Of a stretch of 46,161 nt of DNA, positions 9,963 to 20,222 are shown one piece after another; position 1 is the stretch's first letter; each line of letters starts with the position of its first letter. The notes beneath the pieces are model-generated. The model worked only from the letters and a program-made list of their open reading frames with translations. It made no database searches and was not told where the DNA came from. The stretch spans positions 237,858 through 284,018 of the IMG/VR virus record IMGVR_UViG_3300028048_001412. One strand, given 5' to 3'. Origin of the DNA: a virus (Duplodnaviria; Heunggongvirae; Uroviricota; Caudoviricetes). A program made the translations under genes and the position numbers.

Positions 9963-10277
9963 ATGAAGATTAGACCTAAATTTGAATTATCTGCTATTCG
10001 ATTGCCAGATAATAAGGATAATAGTCAAATATTAGAATTTATGAAAAAACATGAATATGAAATTCTTAAAGTAGTAACTCATAATACTTCTGATAAAGAT
10101 GAATTTGGAGATTATTATTCTGATTGGGAAATGATTATTTATTATTTGGATGAATATAAACAACCTAAAGATACTATTTTAAGAGAGCATTGGTGGTTAT
10201 ATATTGATGATATGCATGAATTGAATAGTTGTGCGGATGAATATATAAAAGAGAATTTTGATATTATAAAAGAATAG
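9963..10277 (+). CDS. Hypothetical protein
   Basis: GAGGTGA RBS; 104 aa. Confidence 0.65.
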   Translation: MKIRPKFELSAIRLPDNKDNSQILEFMKKHEYEILKVVTHNTSDKDEFGDYYSDWEMIIYYLDEYKQPKDTILREHWWLYIDDMHELNSCADEYIKENFDIIKE

Positions 10278-10291
10278 AGGTGAGACATTTC

Positions 10292-10405
10292 ATGAAGCAA
10301 AAAATATATGAAAATGGAAAAATAGTATTTTACATAATTATATTTGGAATTATAGCATATAATTGTGTTATGTTATTATTAAAAATATTAGGATTTGTGT
10401 CTTAA
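10292..10405 (+). CDS. Small membrane peptide (37 aa)
   Basis: GAGGTGA RBS; MKQKIYENGKIVFYIIIFGIIAYNCVMLLLKILGFVS*; TAATG overlap with the next gene. Confidence 0.5.
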   Translation: MKQKIYENGKIVFYIIIFGIIAYNCVMLLLKILGFVS

Positions 10406-10617
10406 TGTATTTCATTTATATTACAATTGATAATGAATCATCCATTCAATATTGTAATGCCAAAGAAGAATTAGATGAAATTTACGAAGATATGGTATTT
10501 AATGTCAAAATATCTTCAAATAAAGCAAATACTATAATCATAACTAAATGTAAAGGAACTAAAGATAAATATAGAGTTTTAAAGGTTTTTACGAAGATAA
10601 AGGAGAAACAAATATGA
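10405..10617 (+). CDS. Hypothetical protein
   Basis: Probable start at the TAATG overlap (MYFIYITIDNESS...). Confidence 0.55.
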   Translation: MYFIYITIDNESSIQYCNAKEELDEIYEDMVFNVKISSNKANTIIITKCKGTKDKYRVLKVFTKIKEKQI

Positions 10618-10913
10618 CTAGAGAATTAATGGAAGTATTTATAAATGAAATGGCTAAAGAACGCAAAAAGAAAGCACTTAATCATTGGAAGCCAGGAATG
10701 GATTTAAAGCCTTATATTAAAAAGAATAAATATGATATGATAGATGTAATTACTGAATTATATAATTATGAAGAAATGTTAGAATCTATGTATAATTGGT
10801 ATAAAGAAAGGCCTAAATATAAAAAACATAAAGAAATTAAGAAAGTAATGAATAAATTAAATGGAATGATAGATGAATTGGCTGAAACTGTTGCTTCTGG
10901 AGTAATTGATTGA
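10614..10913 (+). CDS. Hypothetical protein
   Basis: AAGGAG RBS; ATGA overlap. Confidence 0.65.
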   Translation: MTRELMEVFINEMAKERKKKALNHWKPGMDLKPYIKKNKYDMIDVITELYNYEEMLESMYNWYKERPKYKKHKEIKKVMNKLNGMIDELAETVASGVID

Positions 10914-11226
10914 AATGAATAGAAATTCAACGTCTGTTAAAAACTTAAAATTCTGGAATGGAATGAAATTATTTGATATAATAAGTCAAAATAATTCTAG
11001 AAATTATTATATTCATATAGAAGGTGATGAAAAAACTTATTATTTTAATATGACTAAACCTTTTATTTATTATTTTAATGAAGAATGTATTTTATTATCT
11101 TCGGAAGAAAATAAAAAGATGTTTGAATTAGAAGTTCTTAATTTTGAAGAACATAAGGAAGAACAAGATATCGGATTTGGAGATAAATCTTGCATTAAAT
11201 ATATAAGTGTTTATCTTAAAAAGTAA
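10906..11226 (+). CDS. Hypothetical protein
   Basis: 106-aa ORF overlapping the upstream gene. Confidence 0.55.
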   Translation: MIEMNRNSTSVKNLKFWNGMKLFDIISQNNSRNYYIHIEGDEKTYYFNMTKPFIYYFNEECILLSSEENKKMFELEVLNFEEHKEEQDIGFGDKSCIKYISVYLKK

Positions 11227-11229
11227 AAA

Positions 11230-12090
11230 ATGATAAATGTGAATTTTGGAAAAATAAAAAATGAAAATGAAAACGCTATAATTGATCTTTCTAAATATAG
11301 CGGATTAATATTAGGTCAATCCGGAGATGGAAAGACTTTTCTTTTATATGAAATAATTGCTCAAATATTAGAATCTGAAAATAAAAATGTAGAAATTATT
11401 TACTATGATAATTATTATGATACTGGTATAATAAGGATGGCTGGTCATGAAGAAATATATGAGAAGTTTGCAAAACTAGGAGTAAAATTATTTAGCGCCA
11501 ATCATGAATTTTTTAATAGCACAGGAAAAATCAACCCTACTCATAATGGAATATATAATGTTGAAAAATTAATTGAATTTTATTATAAATTAATAGAATT
11601 ATGTGCGGAAATAGAGAAAAGAAAACAAAATAAAACATTTGATAAACATATATTTTTATTTATAGATTCTTATTTAGATTTATTTACTCTCATTCAAGAT
11701 TCTAAAATATTAAAAGATGATGAATTAAATGAATTAGCATCTATGATTTCATTACTTCTCGATAAATCTACTGATGAATTAGGAATACATTGTTATTTAA
11801 TTAGCTTAACATTCTCTAATGGGGAAAATGATTTAGATCATATTGAAATAAATAGTAAATCCATAATTGAAAGAGGCAATATTCAAATAAATATAAAAAG
11901 AGATCATCTTGATATTAGTAATAAAACAATATATTTAAGTAATTTACCTTCTGGAAAATATTATGAAAAAAGAAAATCAATAATTCAATATGATGATAAA
12001 AAATTAAATGTAGAAATTCTAGGAATTGATTATGATAAATTATTAGATAGATTAGATATTTTAATAGAATTAAAAAGAAGATTTGGTTAA
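11230..12090 (+). CDS. P-loop NTPase, FtsK/HerA-like domain
   Basis: IIDLSKYSGLILGQSGDGKT (Walker A) and HIFLFIDSY (degenerate Walker B). Confidence 0.65.
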   Translation: MINVNFGKIKNENENAIIDLSKYSGLILGQSGDGKTFLLYEIIAQILESENKNVEIIYYDNYYDTGIIRMAGHEEIYEKFAKLGVKLFSANHEFFNSTGKINPTHNGIYNVEKLIEFYYKLIELCAEIEKRKQNKTFDKHIFLFIDSYLDLFTLIQDSKILKDDELNELASMISLLLDKSTDELGIHCYLISLTFSNGENDLDHIEINSKSIIERGNIQINIKRDHLDISNKTIYLSNLPSGKYYEKRKSIIQYDDKKLNVEILGIDYDKLLDRLDILIELKRRFG

Positions 12091-12108
12091 ATGAAAGGAG
12101 AAATATAA

Positions 12109-12321
12109 ATGGCAACTCATAAAAAGAAATCAACTAAACCTTGGGTAATAGCATTAGTAGAAGAATCAAATCATTTCATAAAAGCAGATAGATTCTTTGA
12201 TAATCGAGAAGATGCTGAAAGAGATTGGGAAGAAAATAGGTCTTATCATGAATCTCATTATCATCAAATTATGACTTCTGAAGAATTCTATAAGATAAAA
12301 GATTCATTTAAGAATAAATAA
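12109..12321 (+). CDS. Hypothetical protein
   Basis: AAGGAG RBS; last gene of the + strand block. Confidence 0.65.
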   Translation: MATHKKKSTKPWVIALVEESNHFIKADRFFDNREDAERDWEENRSYHESHYHQIMTSEEFYKIKDSFKNK

Positions 12322-12368
12322 CAAAATAAACAAAAACATAATTCATAAAACAAATTTCTATAGATGAT

Positions 12369-12403
12369 AAAAGAGATAGTTGAAATATACTATCTCTTTT
12401 TTT
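12369..12403 (+). terminator. Intrinsic terminator (possibly bidirectional)
   Basis: AAAAGAGATAGT-tgaaatat-ACTATCTCTTTT followed by TTT. Confidence 0.85.
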
Positions 12404-12410
12404 ATGAAAA

Positions 12411-12550
12411 AACACTGATTTTTATAGATTCCTTCATAAATTCGTTGATTCTGTGAAAATGTCGCTTTATATCGCAAAATTCAGATTTTCACCTGCAAAA
12501 AACCTTGAATTTTCAACGCTTTTTTACCTGTAATTTTGAACCTTTTTCTC
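12411..12550 (+). repeat. ~140-bp non-coding repeat, copy 1
   Basis: Aligns without gaps to the reverse complement of 45571-45710 (about 111/140 identical by hand); 27-bp perfect core AAAATGTCGCTTTATATCGCAAAATTC at 12456-12482. Confidence 0.9.
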
Positions 12551-12566
12551 AAATCATATTTTGAGC

Positions 12567-12597
12567 ATAAAAATAGGTCTTATTTTTCATAAGACCT
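12567..12597 (-). terminator. Intrinsic terminator closing the minus-strand array
   Basis: Minus strand AGGTCTTAT-gaaaa-ATAAGACCT then ATTTTTAT, just after the stop codon at 12603. Confidence 0.7.
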
Positions 12598-12602
12598 TAA
12601 TA

Positions 12603-13811
12603 TTACTCTAATATTATAATTGTGAGATCTTTTCCACCATGTTCTACTTCAAATCTATCTGCATATTTTTTAGGAATGTAAATATTTTTAACAAAACCTT
12701 TTATTTTAATAGGTTCATCTGATTTAAATTCTACTTCTTTTATATGAATACTATGCTCATAAATTGGATTTTCATTATAATTATCTACTTGAATAGTTTT
12801 TCCACTAAACTTATCTATATATAAATCAAATAAGAAATTACTTATTCTTAAAAGATCATCTGTATATACTTTAGGAATAATTGCTTTATTATCTTTACTA
12901 GGCCAAAAAGTAGGAAGTTTCATTTCAATGTCCAATTCCCATCCTCTATTGTCTATTTCTATATTATTTAATCCAGGACCAATTGTATAAGAAGAATGTA
13001 AACCTGATAATTTTATAGGCTCTTTTAAATCTCCAGTATAATTTCCAATCCAATATAAATTTTCTTTAGTATATATACTTTTTAAATTGAATTTTTCTCC
13101 ATCTCCAAAATTATAAGAAGGACCTATTTGAGCATTTTTATTACAAAATATATTTGGATTTTCTAAATGAACATAACTTTTATCTAATGTTTGGCTATAC
13201 CAATTAGTTCCTTTATCTGAAATTATTTCAAATTTTTTAAATTTATCTGGTTGATTAAATAAATATAATTCAGTAGCATCATGACCTGTCTTTAAATTAA
13301 ACATTTTTAATTTATTTAGATTGATATTGCCTTTAACATTATGAAATATAATATCTTCTAAATTTCTAGTATCTAATAAATGAGATGGAAAATCATATTT
13401 TTTAACTAATGGGGTCTCTGGGAAATATAAGTTTATTTCTTTATTTTTATCTTTTCTTTCCACTGAAGAATGAATAGATCTGAGAGAATATTCCAATTTC
13501 ATTATATTAAATCTTTGTAAAGAAGTAGTATAAATAGGAGTTGCTGATTTATCTCTAGTTTTATTAGTAATTACATTATCCCATAAATTATTCACACTTG
13601 CTCCATATCTTGCTTTTCTTCTAGGAGCGAAACTATCTCCATTTTTAACAGGAATAATATAATGTTTATCATCTATTATTTGAGAATGAATTTCTCCATT
13701 ATGTTTTTTATCTCTAATGTATAATTCTTTAATATCGTAAAATGCAACATGTCCAGTTTTTGGACCTGCATCACCGAATTTAAACGGAAATAATAATTTT
13801 CCCATGTTCAT
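12603..13811 (-). CDS. ~400-aa paralog family member 1, function unknown
   Basis: HYIIPVK, VKGNINLNKL, NIYIPKK motifs. Confidence 0.7.
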   Translation of the reverse strand: MNMGKLLFPFKFGDAGPKTGHVAFYDIKELYIRDKKHNGEIHSQIIDDKHYIIPVKNGDSFAPRRKARYGASVNNLWDNVITNKTRDKSATPIYTTSLQRFNIMKLEYSLRSIHSSVERKDKNKEINLYFPETPLVKKYDFPSHLLDTRNLEDIIFHNVKGNINLNKLKMFNLKTGHDATELYLFNQPDKFKKFEIISDKGTNWYSQTLDKSYVHLENPNIFCNKNAQIGPSYNFGDGEKFNLKSIYTKENLYWIGNYTGDLKEPIKLSGLHSSYTIGPGLNNIEIDNRGWELDIEMKLPTFWPSKDNKAIIPKVYTDDLLRISNFLFDLYIDKFSGKTIQVDNYNENPIYEHSIHIKEVEFKSDEPIKIKGFVKNIYIPKKYADRFEVEHGGKDLTIIILE

Positions 13812-15096
13812 CTAACTCCAATTTATTACAAGGTTCTAAAATATTCTTTTTAATATATTCAACACAATCAGCATTATTTATATTTATTAAATCTTTTTGA
13901 TTTTTATTGAAATATATCTTAATTCCATCTCTAGCTCTAATTATATTAAATTGTCTATTAATATTTAATAAATATAATACTGCTATTCCATTTAAATCTA
14001 ATTTTGAAGTTTCTAATTCTTTTATTACTATTTGATCATCTTTTCTTCCATTATTGTTCATCAATTGTATATGTGGACAATTTATTTTATCTATTATACA
14101 AGTATATCCTTTTGATTTCACAAGATTTTGAGCATTAACATCTGTCGCATCATTTGCAAAATTCATAGTTCCATTAAACCATAAAGTAGATTTTTTATCG
14201 CTATTTATTTCTAATTTATTAGGTCCATTACATATATATGCAGAAAACATTTTTGAATTTACTTCTAAAGGCTTTTTTCTTCCATTAGTATTTACATAAT
14301 ATAAATGCATATTAGGACAACTAATCTTATTAATTTCTTTTAATCCTTCATTATTTTCATCACTAATTCTTATATTATTTAAAGTTAAATTCTCTTTGGC
14401 TACTAATTCGGAAATTTTAGTAAATTTAATAGATGGATAATTTCTAACTTCAACTTTTTCATTATAAGGAACATCATTATAACTATTATAATGGCGAAGA
14501 CTCTGATAAAATAAATTATTAGTTATATTTAAATATATTAAATCTTTAGATAAATTATCAAATTTCAAATCATGACTGGAATAAGTATTATCTATTAATA
14601 GCTTTAATCTTTTAGTATTATTAAGATTTATATTACCAGATATTATTTGTTCTAAAATTATAGTTCTTTCATTATTTATGATTTTAGAAGGAATAGTAAA
14701 TTCAATATCCCTATTATTTTTAAATTTGAATATTGCATTTTTTCTTTCTATTTTTCCTTCCATTTTATCTTTTAATAAAGAAGTTATTTCTATATTTTCT
14801 TTTATTAATTTTAAGAATAATTTAGTATATAATGGATTTACATTTATATCATTATGAGTCACTTTAAAATAAGAATTGTCTCCTGTCATATCAAAGTTAT
14901 CAAAAGAAGATTTAAAAGGATAAAAAGTATAACATTTGCCATTTATTTTTCTAGTAATAGGAACCCAGAACTTTTTAAGAAATTTAGGGACATCATCAGG
15001 ATAAATTAAATGTTCAGAATTAAATGTTTCTTCTCTGATATAATCAAATCTAAATAAATTTTCTTTTCTAACAAGAGGAAATGTAATCTTATTCAT
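13780..15096 (-). CDS. Paralog family member 2
   Basis: TFYPFKS, LYTKL, ISGNINLNN, IVIKEL. Confidence 0.7.
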   Translation of the reverse strand: MNKITFPLVRKENLFRFDYIREETFNSEHLIYPDDVPKFLKKFWVPITRKINGKCYTFYPFKSSFDNFDMTGDNSYFKVTHNDINVNPLYTKLFLKLIKENIEITSLLKDKMEGKIERKNAIFKFKNNRDIEFTIPSKIINNERTIILEQIISGNINLNNTKRLKLLIDNTYSSHDLKFDNLSKDLIYLNITNNLFYQSLRHYNSYNDVPYNEKVEVRNYPSIKFTKISELVAKENLTLNNIRISDENNEGLKEINKISCPNMHLYYVNTNGRKKPLEVNSKMFSAYICNGPNKLEINSDKKSTLWFNGTMNFANDATDVNAQNLVKSKGYTCIIDKINCPHIQLMNNNGRKDDQIVIKELETSKLDLNGIAVLYLLNINRQFNIIRARDGIKIYFNKNQKDLININNADCVEYIKKNILEPCNKLELDEHGKIIISV

Positions 15097-15255
15097 TTAA
15101 AATGTTAACCTTTCTTTTAATTCCAATCTTGATTTAATCGCAGATTCTAATTTATTTATAAATTCCATATCATCTTTACATAATATTTGAGTTAAATCAT
15201 ATTGATGAACTTCTAATATATGGATTAATCTTTTTGCTTCAATTCTATCTATCAT
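15097..15255 (-). CDS. Small hypothetical protein (52 aa)
   Basis: MIDRIEAKRLIHILEVHQYDL... exactly fills the gap, with an ATGA overlap upstream and an abutting start downstream. Confidence 0.55.
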   Translation of the reverse strand: MIDRIEAKRLIHILEVHQYDLTQILCKDDMEFINKLESAIKSRLELKERLTF

Positions 15256-16568
15256 ATCCAAATTACCTCTAATAATGATTGATCTTTCATTCTATTCTTT
15301 ATTTTTATATTAGACATTTGAGATTTTGGCAATTTCAATAATTTATTTGTTTCTACTCCAGATACACTAATATAAATTTTATAATTTTTAGGGTTATCTA
15401 TTTTGGCAATAACCATATTATTCAAATTATCTTCTATGTTTATATTTATATTATTAGTTTTATTCTTTAATAATGTTAATTTGCCAATTTTAACATAAGC
15501 ATTTCTTTTTGAATCGAGTGTTATTTGACTTGTTATTGCAAGTTTAGTAGTAGAAAATTGTAATTTGTCAGTTAATTCCATCTCTTCGAAATTAACTGCT
15601 CCATTATTATTCATAAATACAAATAAAGTCCCAGCAGTTATTTTAGAAAGAAATCTAGTAGGTTTAAATTGATTAGTTTCAAAGAATCTACTTTCTATTT
15701 TTATATTTTTTAAACATTTTATAGTAAAATCTGGATTTTCAAAGAAACAATCTCTTAATTCTATATTATTTGAAGCCTCTATTCCTTTTAAATTACAATT
15801 TTCTTTTTCAAAAGATACATTATCAAAAGTAAGAACTCCGTTACCTATTAAATAATCATGGTTTATTTTTAAATTTAATACTGAATTTAAATCTTTATTT
15901 TTTATAGTAAGACTATTAAATATATTAGATTTTGAAAATATATTAGCTTCAATATCATCTGTTGTACTTACATCTGGTGTATTTCTATTTAATTCTATAT
16001 TTGCATTTTTTAATTCATCTAAAATTAAAGTTCCTCCAGGCCAAGATTTAAGTTCAATATCTCCTAGATTTAATGGAACCATAAATGGAATTAATTCTAT
16101 ATTTACTATTTTTTTACATTCTCTAAACCAAATATCTAATTTATTTTTCATATTAGTTGGAGCAGCCCAATCAGTCTTAATATTTGACAAAGGAGGTGAT
16201 ACTCTATAAACATCAAATATAGTATTTTCAGGAAGAGATAATTTTAATAAATTTATATATATGATTTTTACTTTATTCTTATATAATGAAGGATCATCAT
16301 CTTTGAATATACCATCTTTATAAGAATATGCTTTTTCTCCAGCTAATGCATTATTATAATCATTATTATTTTCTAAAGTTTCTATTGCGTGTTTTTTAAA
16401 TGGCCAAACAATATTTCCTTTAGTTCCTCCTGTAAAACGATCTCTAGCTATAGCAATGTTTTTATCATGTATATTTTCATAATAATTTTTTATAGATATC
16501 CATTTTCTATGAATTCTATCATTTGCATGAGCATAATTTACATATATATTTTCAGATAATTTATTCAT
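15252..16568 (-). CDS. Paralog family member 3
   Basis: MNKLSE start, IVWPFKK, LKLPKS, ends EVIWI. Confidence 0.7.
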   Translation of the reverse strand: MNKLSENIYVNYAHANDRIHRKWISIKNYYENIHDKNIAIARDRFTGGTKGNIVWPFKKHAIETLENNNDYNNALAGEKAYSYKDGIFKDDDPSLYKNKVKIIYINLLKLSLPENTIFDVYRVSPPLSNIKTDWAAPTNMKNKLDIWFRECKKIVNIELIPFMVPLNLGDIELKSWPGGTLILDELKNANIELNRNTPDVSTTDDIEANIFSKSNIFNSLTIKNKDLNSVLNLKINHDYLIGNGVLTFDNVSFEKENCNLKGIEASNNIELRDCFFENPDFTIKCLKNIKIESRFFETNQFKPTRFLSKITAGTLFVFMNNNGAVNFEEMELTDKLQFSTTKLAITSQITLDSKRNAYVKIGKLTLLKNKTNNININIEDNLNNMVIAKIDNPKNYKIYISVSGVETNKLLKLPKSQMSNIKIKNRMKDQSLLEVIWI

Positions 16569-17792
16569 TTATGCGATTTTCACTCCATTTACCCAAATAT
16601 TTATAGGAGAAACATATTCAAAATTCAAATGCTCTATAATTTCTCTATAATCTTTATTTTTAAAATTAAATATATAATTTCCCGAAGTTTTAATGTAAAT
16701 ATTTAATTTTTCTTTATTTTTAAAATTAATATTATCTATATTAAATTCATTTGAAGACATAGAATAAATTTGAATCATTTGGCAAGATAATTTATTTATA
16801 TTTAATTCTTTTCCTCCATTTATTGATAAATATAAATATTTAGTATCTATTTCCTTAAATCTATATCCTTCCGAATTTTGAAAATTAAGTTTAATACTAG
16901 GCGATTTTAATATTATATTAGTTTTATTTAAATATTTATTGTCTTCTATTGAATAAAGTCCTACTTCCATTGCATTATGAGCTTCTAAAATGACTTCATC
17001 TTTTGTTTCTATTATTCCTTCTGAAATATTTATATTTTCTTCTGCAAATACTTGCCTTAAATTAGTATCATAATCTGAAATTATAAATCTTCTCGCATCA
17101 AAATATCCAGTCGCTATCTTATTAGTATTATTAAATATTAATTTTTTTATATGAGATCTTAAATTATTATCATATTTAAAAGATTTTAATTTCCAATCTT
17201 TATGAAATAATTCTTTACTATATTCGTGTGTCGATCCTCCATCGAACACATCTATTTCTTTAATTTCATTAAGATATAATTTACCAGAACAATCTAATAA
17301 AAGGACTTTTTCAAATATTTGAGAATATATTTTTGATAGGAATATATTTTTATCAACGGATTCTTTTATTATCAAAGATTTATTTCTATGATAATCAGAT
17401 ATTGTTCTTGAATCCGCAGATACATATAAATTATCATCTAATTTACTATCTAATTGTAATTTCTTAAATAGAGATTTGATTAAATGAATTAAATAAAAAT
17501 CATTAATATTATCCATATTATACTCTTGTAATCCAAAATTACAATCTAACCATTGATAATGAGATATATATTCATATTTTTTAATGCTCTTCTTAGCGCC
17601 TTCAGCCTCTGGATATAATTCAAGGTGAAGATTATATCTTATATTATATAAATTAGATGATTTTACAGGAGCCAAATATTTAAATCTATTATTTTTAATG
17701 AATTGATCATTTCCTAAATGATCTTTTTCACTTAATGAAAGTCTTTGACCACCGAAAGTATAAAATTGTAATTTATCTGCTAATTTATACAT
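16569..17792 (-). CDS. Paralog family member 4
   Basis: MYKLAD start, YLAPVKS, CSGKLYLNEI, LNINKL. Confidence 0.7.
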   Translation of the reverse strand: MYKLADKLQFYTFGGQRLSLSEKDHLGNDQFIKNNRFKYLAPVKSSNLYNIRYNLHLELYPEAEGAKKSIKKYEYISHYQWLDCNFGLQEYNMDNINDFYLIHLIKSLFKKLQLDSKLDDNLYVSADSRTISDYHRNKSLIIKESVDKNIFLSKIYSQIFEKVLLLDCSGKLYLNEIKEIDVFDGGSTHEYSKELFHKDWKLKSFKYDNNLRSHIKKLIFNNTNKIATGYFDARRFIISDYDTNLRQVFAEENINISEGIIETKDEVILEAHNAMEVGLYSIEDNKYLNKTNIILKSPSIKLNFQNSEGYRFKEIDTKYLYLSINGGKELNINKLSCQMIQIYSMSSNEFNIDNINFKNKEKLNIYIKTSGNYIFNFKNKDYREIIEHLNFEYVSPINIWVNGVKIA

Positions 17793-17810
17793 ATGTTATA
17801 TAATTTCCAT

Positions 17811-19058
17811 TTAAATATAATGAATTTGACCGTGATATTTTCCAGTTACTTTGCCTTTAAATCTTTCAGGAATATAAACCCAAGTATTTTGTTTATTATG
17901 ATTAAATTCAATAGGACGTTGTTCTACAATATTTATTTCTATTGTATCTTTTCCTTCTGGTAAAATAATATCTTTAATTTTAATGGCCGTTTCATCAAAA
18001 GGGGTAGTTGCAATATTGCTCTTATAATTTTCTACATAAATATCAATATGATCTCCAGTAAATTTATCAATATTTAATCTTTTAAATGCAGATAATCTTA
18101 AATCTAATCCTCTTTTAACTTTTATATCATTTATTTCTGTTAAATCTTCATTATCAGTAGCTGTTATATAAGTAATATCAGAATCTACTATATAATTAAG
18201 ACGTTTTTGATTCTCCATATATAATCTTACAATTGGAGATTTTAATATTATAGGTTCTTTTTGTTCTAATATATAAGATTTAAAAAATAAATTTTTACCT
18301 GCTTCTAATTTTTTAATATTAGAAAAACCTTCTTTTATAGTTATTCCTTCAATATGAATGTGATTATGACAATTTAAACACCCGCCTTCCATAATATGTA
18401 ATATCCAATTAACTTTTTTATCGGAATCTGGTTTTATAATAGTAAAACTTGCCAAATTATAATTATTATGTTTTAAAGAAAAAACATTGAATAAATTAGA
18501 TGGAGGTGATGATGTATTTTTTCCAACTACTAGATCTACATTTTCACAATCTTTCAAATCTACTACTGCATTAGATGAATTAGTAATATTTAAAACATTA
18601 TAGAATCTATATAAATCATTATTCAATTCAAATGGGCCTGATAATTTATCTATTAATAAATTTGGCTTAAAATATTCTTTGATATCTTTATTTATTACTT
18701 CGAAATAATTATCTTTGTTATTATATTTTATTATTTCTCTTATTTTTTTATAAAGAGTCTCTTTATAAAAATAATTAGTAGAATCTAAAATATTTGATTT
18801 ATAATAACTATTCAAATATTCATCTGCATTTATTCCCTTAAACTTAAATCTTTTGAATGGTAATATATAATGAATATCTATATTGTCGCTTTTCTTAATT
18901 ACATCATAAATATCGCTGCTCCTTATTAGTTTAATTTCTCTTCTTTTGATAAAATCGTGTCTTTCTAAATAATCTTTAAGAGAAATTGACCATTTATAAT
19001 CATCTATTTTTATAGGACTTACATGACTAATATATAATTCTGATGATAATTTATTCAT
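17811..19058 (-). CDS. Paralog family member 5
   Basis: MNKLSS start, HYILPFKR, LYKKI, LNIDKF, VYIPER. Confidence 0.7.
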   Translation of the reverse strand: MNKLSSELYISHVSPIKIDDYKWSISLKDYLERHDFIKRREIKLIRSSDIYDVIKKSDNIDIHYILPFKRFKFKGINADEYLNSYYKSNILDSTNYFYKETLYKKIREIIKYNNKDNYFEVINKDIKEYFKPNLLIDKLSGPFELNNDLYRFYNVLNITNSSNAVVDLKDCENVDLVVGKNTSSPPSNLFNVFSLKHNNYNLASFTIIKPDSDKKVNWILHIMEGGCLNCHNHIHIEGITIKEGFSNIKKLEAGKNLFFKSYILEQKEPIILKSPIVRLYMENQKRLNYIVDSDITYITATDNEDLTEINDIKVKRGLDLRLSAFKRLNIDKFTGDHIDIYVENYKSNIATTPFDETAIKIKDIILPEGKDTIEINIVEQRPIEFNHNKQNTWVYIPERFKGKVTGKYHGQIHYI

Positions 19059-19061
19059 TTT

Positions 19062-20222
19062 TTAAATCCATTTTACCTTTTGTTTAATCAATTCTAAAGT
19101 CAAATCTTTTGAACAATTTACTTTCCATTCTATTTTTGATTCAATTTCTTTTGGTAATATTATTTTAGGCATAAAAATACGACCAATATGATTAATAACT
19201 GGAAAATAGAGTTTTAATTTATCATTTAATAATTTAATATTCTTTATGTATAATTCACTTCTTTCTAAACTAGATAATTGTGAATTACTATAATCTGTTA
19301 CTCCTTCTGCAAAATCAATATCTATATGATCTGCTGTTAATTCATCTATCTCTATTTTTAAAATATCGTCACTTTTATAATGATTTTTAATTCTCCCGTA
19401 TAATTTATTGCAATTAACTTTCCCTAATATACAAACATTATAATCATATTTTTCATTTTTAATTATAATATTATTTGAATTTATAATATTATCTCTGTAA
19501 TTGCACATTCTATTATATATAAATAATTCATGAGATGAATTAATTTCAACAGGACCATCAAATTCAACATCTTCTAATGATATATTAAAAGCTTTAATAT
19601 TTTCAATATTATTATAATTTATAACTCCTGATTTTATATATATTAAATCTTTTCCTACTAATTTCTTATCTTTATTATTCAAAGTATTTAATTTAAATCT
19701 ACTAGTAGAAGTTAATCTTAATTTATCAAATATATAATCTTTATTTTGAATATTTATTTCTCTAATTGGTTTATCAAATGAACTTAAAAGACTAATATTA
19801 ATATTTTTACAAATTCCGCAATTAAGAGTAGAATCATCATTTAAATGTAAATTTATTTCATAATTTTTAAACCAGTTGGGTAATTCAATGTAAGCATTTG
19901 TTTTTTCATTATGAATTTCAATTACATTATCATTATAATCAGGAATATTTAAAGTTTTGCCGTTTAATTCTGGCAAATCTAAAGAGAGACTTGCTAACTT
20001 AAATAATATTATTAAATATTCTTTATAATCTTCTTCTATTAAACATTTATTTGATTGGTTTTCATCCAATTTTCCAGTATAATTTGAAAATTTTATAGGA
20101 AAACAATAACCTAAATTTTTAACATTAGTTTTTTTATCTAAATGAAGATAATTTCTAACTTCAAATGGATTAAGATGATATTTATTTTTCTTTTTAAATA
20201 AATTTCTGATATTTATACCCAT
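19062..20222 (-). CDS. Paralog family member 6
   Basis: YCFPIKF, IEIDEL, IILPKE, ends KVKWI. Confidence 0.7.
   Translation of the reverse strand: MGINIRNLFKKKNKYHLNPFEVRNYLHLDKKTNVKNLGYCFPIKFSNYTGKLDENQSNKCLIEEDYKEYLIILFKLASLSLDLPELNGKTLNIPDYNDNVIEIHNEKTNAYIELPNWFKNYEINLHLNDDSTLNCGICKNINISLLSSFDKPIREINIQNKDYIFDKLRLTSTSRFKLNTLNNKDKKLVGKDLIYIKSGVINYNNIENIKAFNISLEDVEFDGPVEINSSHELFIYNRMCNYRDNIINSNNIIIKNEKYDYNVCILGKVNCNKLYGRIKNHYKSDDILKIEIDELTADHIDIDFAEGVTDYSNSQLSSLERSELYIKNIKLLNDKLKLYFPVINHIGRIFMPKIILPKEIESKIEWKVNCSKDLTLELIKQKVKWI

Noticed and set aside
12411-12550. dif (Xer) site at the strand-convergence point
   Set aside because: No match to the Bacillota dif pattern (XerD arm TTATGTAAA/TTATGTTAA) was seen.
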